Shown here in pieces: positions 57,039 through 64,000 of a stretch of 64,000 nt of DNA. How positions within the stretch are numbered: the first letter of the stretch is position 1; every line of letters begins with the position of its first letter. The stretch comes from Trueperaceae bacterium (GTDB taxonomy: Bacteria; Deinococcota; Deinococci; Deinococcales; Trueperaceae): NCBI GenBank assembly GCA_034521815.1, contig JAXHLW010000013.1, positions 704,001-768,000 of the forward strand, written 5' to 3'. The notes below the pieces were generated by a model, which saw only the letters and a program-made list of their open reading frames with translations, searched no databases and was not told where the DNA came from. The position numbers were made by a program, and so were the translations under genes.

Positions 57039-58034
57039 TCAGCGCCGGTCCCGCCACGCCGGTCCCGCCAGCTCGCGTCGATAGACGATCCCGACGCTCC
57101 AGCCGGTCCCGGGATCCCCGCCGGCCCGGGCCCCGGCTCGGACCTCGACGGTGCCGTCCCACGCCGGCCTGCGCCAGCTCGCGTCCAACGACCAGGGGGA
57201 GCGCTCGCTGCCGCCGGGCCGCGCCACCGCCGTCCAGGCCAGCCGGTCGCTGCCCAGCGCCCAGGCGCCCTCGCTCGACAGGCCCGGCACGACACGCACG
57301 CCGTCCGCCGTCGGGGCCGCGTCGAGCCACGCCGTCGCCGCGATCTCGGGGGCTCGCCGGGGGGCCACGACGATGCCGGCGCCCAGCGCCGCGCGGCCGT
57401 CCGCCCGGCCCGCGAGCCGACCGTGCGCCCGCACCGTCAGGTCGAGGTCGTCGCCGAGCGCACGGCGACCTCGCAGCCTGACGTCCAGATCGAGGGCGGT
57501 CCGTCCGCCGTCGCCGCGCCAACCGGTGGCGCCGCCGGCAAGCAGCCAGGTCCGGTCCAGCCGGCCCTCGCCGGCCAGCGCGAGCGACACGCCCCGGTCG
57601 AACGGCGCCCGGCCGCTGCCGGCCGTCGCGAGGAACCGCTCGGGCGGCGCTCCCCAAGCGGAGGCGCGGAGCGAGGCGGCGACCGGACCCAGCACGCCGC
57701 GAGCGGCGGCGCCCAGGCGTGCGGCCGGGGTCGCCGCGAAGCGCGCGCTGGCGTCGGCCTCCAGGACCAGCGTGCCCAGCGGACCGAACGCCTGGCTGCG
57801 CCGAACCGTCAGCTCGGCGCCAGGGTCGGCCGCCACGATCAGGGCGGCGTCCAGCTCGTCCGCCCCGCGCGGCACGGAGCGCACCCCGATCCGCGCTTCG
57901 GGCGACGTTCCGACGCTCGCCGCGACGTGGAACGTCTGCGCCACGGTGGCGCCGAGCAAGGCCCAAGCGACGACGAGAACGATGGCGAGAACGATGGCGA
58001 GCGACGCAGGACGGGCCGAAGGGAAGCCGAGCAT
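57039..58034 (-). CDS. Hypothetical exported protein, possibly an outer-membrane beta-barrel
   Basis: N-terminal hydrophobic signal; alternating beta-strand pattern; ends ...WSVGIVYRRE. Confidence 0.6.
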   Translation of the reverse strand: MLGFPSARPASLAIVLAIVLVVAWALLGATVAQTFHVAASVGTSPEARIGVRSVPRGADELDAALIVAADPGAELTVRRSQAFGPLGTLVLEADASARFAATPAARLGAAARGVLGPVAASLRASAWGAPPERFLATAGSGRAPFDRGVSLALAGEGRLDRTWLLAGGATGWRGDGGRTALDLDVRLRGRRALGDDLDLTVRAHGRLAGRADGRAALGAGIVVAPRRAPEIAATAWLDAAPTADGVRVVPGLSSEGAWALGSDRLAWTAVARPGGSERSPWSLDASWRRPAWDGTVEVRAGARAGGDPGTGWSVGIVYRRELAGPAWRDRR

Positions 58035-58142
58035 GCCGCACCCTGACACGCCGAGCCCTGACACGTCCGAGACGGTGTACTGGGACCGCGGTGGTACACT
58101 CGGTGCCGTTCTCGCTTCATGCGCACGGAATTGGAGAGGTCC

Positions 58143-60683
58143 ATGAACATCCTCGGTCGCCTGACCGTTCTGCCCGAACTGCCCGAATCGATCGCCCAGC
58201 TCGACGAGCTCGCCCGCAACCTGTACTGGACCTGGTCGCCGGAGGTGCGGGCCCTGTTCCGCCGACTCGACCGGGGTCTGTGGGAGTCGTCCGGCCACAA
58301 CCCGGTGATGGTCCTGCGCGACGTGCCGCAGTCACGCCTCGACGAGGTCGCGGGCGACGACGCCTATCGCGAGGAGGTGGCCCAGGCGTACGCGTCGTTC
58401 CGCGACTACATGGAACAGCCGCGGGCCGACGTGGACGGCGCCGACGAGGACCACGTGTACGCCTACTTCTGCGCCGAATACGGCTGGAGCGAAGCCGTCG
58501 CCCTGTACTCCGGCGGGCTCGGCATCCTGGCCGGGGACCACACGAAAGCCGCCAGCGATCTGGGCGTGCCGCTGGTCGGCGTGGGCCTCTGGTACCCCGA
58601 GGGCTACTTCCACCAGCGAATCGCGGCGGACGGCAGCCAGGAGGCGGTGTACGTGCGCCGGGAGCCGGACGAGATGCCGCTCCGTGCCGTGCTGGACGAC
58701 GAGGGCGAGCCGGTCCTGGTCCGCGTGCAGGTGTTCGGCCGCGACGTCGCCGTGCGGGCCTGGCGGACCGACGTGGGGCGCGTGCCCGTGTACCTGCTCG
58801 ACGTCGACGTCGAGGGGAACGGACCCGACGACCGGCAGATGCTGAGACGTCTGTACGGCGGCGACCAGCGGACCCGCATCGCGCAGGAGATCGTTCTGGG
58901 CGTCGGTGGCGTGCGGATGCTGCGTGCCATCGGCGTGGCGCCGACCTCGTGGCACATGAACGAGGGCCACAGCGCGTTCATGGCCCTGGAGCGCAGTCGC
59001 GAGCTGGTCGAGAAGGGCATGACGTTCGATGCCGCGCGCGAGGCCGTCTCGGCCAGCACCGCGTTCACCGTCCACACGCCGGTCGCGGCAGGCAACGACG
59101 CCTTCCCCTTCGACCTCGTGAACGAGGCGTTCTCGGGCTGGTGGGGCGCGCTGGGGATTCGCCAGCACGAGTTCTACGACGTCGGCCGCGGCGACCACGG
59201 CTGGGGACCGGTGTTCAGCATGCCGGCGCTGGCGCTACGCTTCTCGTCGGTCCGCAACGGCGTCGCCGAGCTGCACGGCGACACCAGCCGCCGGATCTGG
59301 AACGATCTCTGGTCCGACGTCCCGACCGAGGAGGTGCCGATCGATCACATCACGAACGGGGTGCACGCCGCCTCGTGGATGGCGCCCGAGATCGCCTCGC
59401 TTCTCGACGGCGTGCTGGCGAGCGATTGGCGGCGCAAGCTGGCCGACCCCACGGTGTTCGCGGCCGCCGAGGCGCTCGATCCGGTCGAGCTGTGGCGGGT
59501 CCGTCGCTCGCTCAAGGCCCGCTCGGTGCGCTTCCTCCGCCGGCGCGTCCAGACCCAGCTGACGCGTCAGGAGGCCAGTCCGACCACGAAGCACCACAGC
59601 GAGCAGCTGTTCGATCCCGACTGCCTCACGATCGGGTTCGCACGGCGTTTCGCGACGTACAAGCGCGCGACGCTGATCTTCCGTGACCTCGACCGACTCG
59701 AGCGGATCGTCAACGATCCGGACCGCCCCGTTCAGCTGGTGTTCGCCGGCAAGGCTCACCCCGCCGACCAGGAGGGGCAGGCGCTGATCGAGCGGATCGA
59801 CGAGCTGAGCCGCGATCCGCGCTTCGCCGGTCGGATCCTGTTCGCCGAGGACTACGACATGGCGCTCGGGCGTGCCCTGACGCGGGGCGTGGACGTGTGG
59901 CTGAACAACCCGCGCCGTCCCCTGGAGGCGTCGGGCACCTCGGGCCAGAAGGCGGCGATGAACGGGGTGCTGAACCTGTCGATCCTCGACGGCTGGTGGC
60001 CCGAGGGGTACGACGGCATGAACGGCTGGGCGATCGGGAACGGCGGCACGTACGCGGATCACGACCGGGCGGACGAGGCGGACGCCGACGCGCTGTACGA
60101 CCTGCTCGAGCGCGAGGTCGTTCCGCTCTACTACCAGCGTGACGCGGCGAACGTGCCCACGGAGTGGATGGCCCGCTCGGCGCGCGCCATCGCGACGGTG
60201 ACGCCCGACTTCAACGCCCAGCGGATGGTGCGGGACTACGTGAGCATGGCGTACGCGCCCGCTTCGCGTCGCGGCGAGAGGATGGCCCAGAACGACCACC
60301 AGCCGGCGGCCCGCCTGGCCGCGTGGCGAAAGCACGTGCGCGAGGCGTGGAGCGAGGTGTCCCTCTCCGCCCAGCCTGCGGACGGGGGTCTCCGCCGGAT
60401 CGGCGAGACGATCGAGCTCGACGCCGTCCTGAACCCTCGCAGTCTCGGCGACGTCGAGATGCGCGTCGAGGCCGTGTACGGTCCGGAGGCCGAGGCGCTG
60501 CGGCACGACCTGAAGATCGTGCCGATGGAGGAGATCGAGCGCTACGACGACGGTGGCGTGCGCTACCGGGCCCGCTTCGTGCCGACGATCAGCGGTCGCC
60601 TGGCGTACGGCGTCCGCGCCTACCCTCTGCACGAGGATCTCGCGAACCCGTTCGACGCGCACGCCATTCGCTGGGCCAGCTAG
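58143..60683 (+). CDS. glgP: Alpha-glucan (glycogen/maltodextrin) phosphorylase
   Basis: Motifs YSGGLGILAGD, HMNEGH, ITNGVH, FARRFATYKR, AGKAHP, EASGTSGQK. SD GGAGAGG. Confidence 0.96.
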   Translation: MNILGRLTVLPELPESIAQLDELARNLYWTWSPEVRALFRRLDRGLWESSGHNPVMVLRDVPQSRLDEVAGDDAYREEVAQAYASFRDYMEQPRADVDGADEDHVYAYFCAEYGWSEAVALYSGGLGILAGDHTKAASDLGVPLVGVGLWYPEGYFHQRIAADGSQEAVYVRREPDEMPLRAVLDDEGEPVLVRVQVFGRDVAVRAWRTDVGRVPVYLLDVDVEGNGPDDRQMLRRLYGGDQRTRIAQEIVLGVGGVRMLRAIGVAPTSWHMNEGHSAFMALERSRELVEKGMTFDAAREAVSASTAFTVHTPVAAGNDAFPFDLVNEAFSGWWGALGIRQHEFYDVGRGDHGWGPVFSMPALALRFSSVRNGVAELHGDTSRRIWNDLWSDVPTEEVPIDHITNGVHAASWMAPEIASLLDGVLASDWRRKLADPTVFAAAEALDPVELWRVRRSLKARSVRFLRRRVQTQLTRQEASPTTKHHSEQLFDPDCLTIGFARRFATYKRATLIFRDLDRLERIVNDPDRPVQLVFAGKAHPADQEGQALIERIDELSRDPRFAGRILFAEDYDMALGRALTRGVDVWLNNPRRPLEASGTSGQKAAMNGVLNLSILDGWWPEGYDGMNGWAIGNGGTYADHDRADEADADALYDLLEREVVPLYYQRDAANVPTEWMARSARAIATVTPDFNAQRMVRDYVSMAYAPASRRGERMAQNDHQPAARLAAWRKHVREAWSEVSLSAQPADGGLRRIGETIELDAVLNPRSLGDVEMRVEAVYGPEAEALRHDLKIVPMEEIERYDDGGVRYRARFVPTISGRLAYGVRAYPLHEDLANPFDAHAIRWAS

Positions 60684-61404
60684 AGCGTCAGGTCGGTGTA
60701 GACCCGGAGCTCGTCATGAGCCGTGATCGCTGCGGCGGGGACGCGCTCCGGGTCGCCGCCGTCCAGCGTGGCCACGAGCGCGTCACGCTTCGCTTCGCCC
60801 GACACCAGGAACCACACCTGCCGTGACGACGACAACGCCATGGGCGTCAGCGTGACCCGCGCGGTCGGCTGTGCCTCGGACGATCCCTCGGACGATCCCC
60901 GGTCCGCACGGCGGTCGCAGCGCCCGCGGCGCGCGTCGCGCCACTGCCGGGGAACAGGCTGGCGGTGTGGGCGTCCGCCCCGAGGCCCAGCAGCGTCACG
61001 TCGAACCAGGGCGCCGACCGTGGATCGCCCAACGTCCGGCGAAGGCTCCGTTCGTACGCCTGGGCCTCGTCGTGGGGATCGGCGTCCTGGACCCACGGCC
61101 AGGCCAGGATCTGGTCCTCCGGGACGGGGACGTGGTCCAACAGGGCTTCGCGCGCCGCGCGCTCGTTGCGGTCCTCGTGCTCCGGCGGCACGTCGCGCTC
61201 GTCGCCCCAGGCGATCCACACCTGGCGCCAGGGAAGGTCGCCGCGCCGGGCCAGCACGCGGTAGGCGGGCAGAGGCGTGCTCCCGCCCGCGAGGCAGAGC
61301 ACCGCCCGCCCGCGCTGACGGACGGCCGCGGCGACGGCGTCGGCGAGGTCGGCGGCGACGGCGGAAGCGACGTCGGGCACGGTGCGCAGCTGAGTTCGGT
61401 CCAT
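60680..61404 (-). CDS. pgl: 6-phosphogluconolactonase split by an apparent frameshift near 60897-60900
   Basis: N-terminal part has LAGGSTP, WGDERDVP and LGLGADAHTASLFPG; the C-terminal part RVTLT...FLVSGEAKR lies in another frame. Confidence 0.85.
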
Positions 61405-61451
61405 GCCCGGAGCGTACCCGGATCGGCCCGACGACCGTGGTAGCGTCCCGC

Positions 61452-62048
61452 ATGAGCTCCGAACCGACCCTGCGCGACCGCGCGTACGACCTGATGACCG
61501 AATGGACGCCGTCCGAGGCGCTGCGCCGGCACATGCTCGCCGTCGAAGCCGCCGTCGTGGCGTACGCTCGCGCCGAGGAGGCCGACGAGGAGAACGTGGA
61601 CCTCTGGGCCGCGACCGCGCTGCTGCACGACTTCGACTACGAGCGGCACCCTGATCCCGACGAGAACGGTCACCCGTACGTCGGTGTACGGCACCTGAGG
61701 GAGAACGGCTGGCCGGAGGAGATGTGCGAGGCGATCCTGGGGCACGCCGACTACACCGGTGTGCAGCGCACGTCGCGGCTCGCGAAGGTGCTCTACGCCT
61801 GCGACGAGATCACCGGCCTGATCACCGCCGCGGTGCTGGTCCGTCCCGACAAGGACATCGCCAACCAGACGGTGAAGAGCCTGAAGAAGAAGTTCAAGGA
61901 CAAGGCGTTCGCGCGCGGCGTGCACCGTGACGAGGTGCGCCGCGGCGCGGAGGAGCTGGGCGTCGATCTTTGGGAGCACGTCACGTTCGTGCTGCACGCC
62001 ATGCAGGAGCGCGCGGACGCGTTGGGCCTCGACGGCCGCGACGGCTAG
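61452..62048 (+). CDS. HD domain hydrolase
   Basis: LRRHMLAVE, ALLHDFDYE, AILGH, LYACDE, KKKFKDKAFARGV. Confidence 0.88.
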   Translation: MSSEPTLRDRAYDLMTEWTPSEALRRHMLAVEAAVVAYARAEEADEENVDLWAATALLHDFDYERHPDPDENGHPYVGVRHLRENGWPEEMCEAILGHADYTGVQRTSRLAKVLYACDEITGLITAAVLVRPDKDIANQTVKSLKKKFKDKAFARGVHRDEVRRGAEELGVDLWEHVTFVLHAMQERADALGLDGRDG

Positions 62049-62074
62049 GGCGCGCTAGGGTGCGCTAGGACGCG
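62045..62074. repeat. 10-bp period CTAG array x3 between convergent genes
   Basis: CTAGGGCGCG CTAGGGTGCG CTAGGACGCG. Confidence 0.85.
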
Positions 62075-63040
62075 TCAAGGAGCGCTCGCGGACGGCTCGC
62101 TCGGAACGGCGTCGAACGCGTCGGGCGGCGTCAGGCGCCGCCAGTTCCATTCGCCGTCGCGCCTGGGCGGCCAGATCACGGCCGTCGCCCGACCGGCGAT
62201 GGTGATCTCGTCGATAGGACCGAAGTAGCGCGAGTCCTCGCTTCCGCCCGCCGAGGCCTGACGGTTGTCGCCCATCACCCAGTAGGTGTCCTCCGGAAGC
62301 ACGATCTCGTGCAGGAACGGCTCGCCCTCCGGCGCATCCGCCGGAATGGGCGCGAGGGCGTCGACGGTCTCGCCGTAGTACAGCTGCAGCCGAGGATCGG
62401 ACAACGGCACGGCGGGCGGGAAGCGATCGTTCATCGGCAGCTGCGGCACGGCGGTGCCGCCCAGCGTCGTCGCGAAGCGCACGTTCAGGCCCGCCAGCTC
62501 GCCGTCGCGCACCGTCACCACCGGAAAGTCGATGGCATCGGGCGTGATCTCGCCGCTGCCCGCGATGAAGCCCTGATCGACCTCCACGCCGTTCACGATC
62601 ACCTGTCCGTCGTCGATGCGGACCGAGTCGCCCCCCTTGGCGATGACGCGCTTGATGAAGAACGGCCGACGGTCGCGCTCCTGGGCGGTGGGGGCGTTCG
62701 GCGGCTCGCGCACGACGACGATCTCGCCGCGCCGGTACGGCCCCAGCACGCCGGCACGGCGAAGCCAGGTGTCGTACTTCGGGATGAACACCCGGTCGCC
62801 GGTGGCCAGCGACAACAGCACGTTCGAGCTGCCCACCCCGCCGTTCAGGTTGGGCCGCATCGAGCTGCCCACGACGCCGACGGTGTTGAACACGAACGTG
62901 ACGACGAGGAACGCGATGGCCAGCGCCTCGGCGTAGCCGCGCACCTCGGTCCAGAAACGTTGCGAGAAGGACGGCTTGGCTGCGCGTCCAGACGAGGTCC
63001 TGTCGGAGCGTGCGGTCGACGCGCGGCGCGATTCAGGCAT
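62075..63040 (-). CDS. lepB: Signal peptidase I
   Basis: TM segment, GSSMRPNL (catalytic Ser), FIKRVIA (catalytic Lys), VMGDNR..SEDSRYFG. Confidence 0.92.
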   Translation of the reverse strand: MPESRRASTARSDRTSSGRAAKPSFSQRFWTEVRGYAEALAIAFLVVTFVFNTVGVVGSSMRPNLNGGVGSSNVLLSLATGDRVFIPKYDTWLRRAGVLGPYRRGEIVVVREPPNAPTAQERDRRPFFIKRVIAKGGDSVRIDDGQVIVNGVEVDQGFIAGSGEITPDAIDFPVVTVRDGELAGLNVRFATTLGGTAVPQLPMNDRFPPAVPLSDPRLQLYYGETVDALAPIPADAPEGEPFLHEIVLPEDTYWVMGDNRQASAGGSEDSRYFGPIDEITIAGRATAVIWPPRRDGEWNWRRLTPPDAFDAVPSEPSASAP

Positions 63041-63050
63041 GCCGGAGAGT

Positions 63051-63998
63051 CTACCGCGGACGCGTCTTCGGGCCCGCCTTTCGCCTGGACGCCGACACGG
63101 TCTCGGTGGCCTGCCCGGCCGCCTGGTCAGCGGCTCTCTCGCGGTCGGGCGTCGGCGGGAGCTTGTCGGGCCGCTCGCGAGCGAGATCCTCGAACGTCCG
63201 CTCCGCCGTCGTTCGACCCATGGCGACGATCGCCTCGAACTCCCGGAACGACTCGATCCGGTACTTGGGCATGTCCAACGCGACGCGTACGTCCGCGGGG
63301 TGCAGCGTGTACTGCAGCTCGGTCAGGATCGCCTGCATCACGTCGGTGGACCGAAGCAGCATCTCGGCCATCGGGCTGCGACGCTCCAGCCGGACGGTCG
63401 CGACCATCCGCTCCCACCAGCTTCCCTCGCCGCCGTTCAGCACGAACGTCGAGCGACGTGGAGGGGTCGCGTCGGAGGCGATCACGTAGTCGCACCCCAG
63501 CAGCCCGGCGGCGGCGACGGGCAGGTTGTTCACGATCCCGCCGTCCGCCAGCGTTCGTCCCTGGATCACGACCGGCTCGAACGCTCCGGGAAAGCTGCTC
63601 GACGCCCGCACGGCGTCCGCGAGCGGGCCGTCCAGAACGATGTGCTCCTCGCCGGTCTCGACGTCCGTCGTGGTCACGGCCAAGGGAACCTCGAGATCGG
63701 CGAAGGTGGCCGGCAGGTGCGCGGCCAGGAACGCCTGGAGCTTGTCGCCCTTCAGCAATCCGGCCTGCAGGCTGAGATCGAACACGTCTCGCCAGCTGAG
63801 CGCGTGGGCCAAATCGTAGATCTCGTCGGCGGAGCGTCCTGCGGCGTAGAGGGCCCCCAAGATCGCGCCCATCGACGTGCCCGCGACGGCGTCGATGCGC
63901 ACGCCGCGCGCCTCGAGCGCCTGCAGCACGCCGATATGCGCGAACCCTCGCGCGCCGCCGCCCGACAGCACCAAGCCGACCCCGCGCCGCTTCCTCAT
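63051..63998 (-). CDS. Patatin-like phospholipase
   Basis: Motifs LSGGGARGFAHIG, GTSMG, DGG. The start lies at the window edge. Confidence 0.9.
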   Translation of the reverse strand: MRKRRGVGLVLSGGGARGFAHIGVLQALEARGVRIDAVAGTSMGAILGALYAAGRSADEIYDLAHALSWRDVFDLSLQAGLLKGDKLQAFLAAHLPATFADLEVPLAVTTTDVETGEEHIVLDGPLADAVRASSSFPGAFEPVVIQGRTLADGGIVNNLPVAAAGLLGCDYVIASDATPPRRSTFVLNGGEGSWWERMVATVRLERRSPMAEMLLRSTDVMQAILTELQYTLHPADVRVALDMPKYRIESFREFEAIVAMGRTTAERTFEDLARERPDKLPPTPDRERAADQAAGQATETVSASRRKAGPKTRPR

Positions 63999-64000
63999 GG

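Noticed and set aside
110..63819. Numerous long Arg/Pro/Ala-rich ORFs in the six-frame track (e.g. 5812-8664, 28635-31097, 48675-51146)
   Set aside because: These are shadow frames of real genes in high-GC DNA, with no motifs and low-complexity composition.
1..64000. CRISPR array, tRNA/rRNA, IS, integrase, prophage or defence island
   Set aside because: No repeat-spacer array, RNA gene signature, transposase, recombinase or low-GC island was seen. The tandem repeats lack unique spacers.

Overview
A high-GC bacterial chromosomal segment, very likely Deinococcota (Trueperaceae-like). This taxonomy is inferred from the CrtO/CruF/CruD/CruC carotenoid genes, a short GidA-like protein, futalosine-pathway menaquinone genes, an ATA-initiated infC and pervasive leaderless TAnnnT promoters. 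It is densely coding core genome with about 65 genes: ispG plus a carotenoid glycoside-ester cluster (crtB-crtO-crtYcd::cruF-cruD-cruC-crtD), typA, infC-rpmI-rplT, hisD, rseP/dxr, cdaA-cdaR-def-fmt-der, prfB with its programmed +1 frameshift, pgi, truD, rnhB, holB, glgP, pgl and lepB. I found no rRNA, tRNA, CRISPR array, prophage or IS element, and no obvious new multi-gene defence system. The most unusual signals are: a lycopene cyclase-hydratase fusion; a secreted fasciclin fused to a minimal Cu/Zn-SOD-like domain; a leaderless uORF with terminator/antiterminator architecture ahead of the zinc-ribbon gene; tandem repeats at gene ends that place stop codons in all reading frames; a seven-run G-quadruplex motif; and two apparent single-base frameshifts (crtB, pgl) at short homopolymers. 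Many start codons were re-assigned relative to the ORF track using -10 spacing, SD sequences or stop/start overlaps. Family assignments come from recognised motifs, not database searches.
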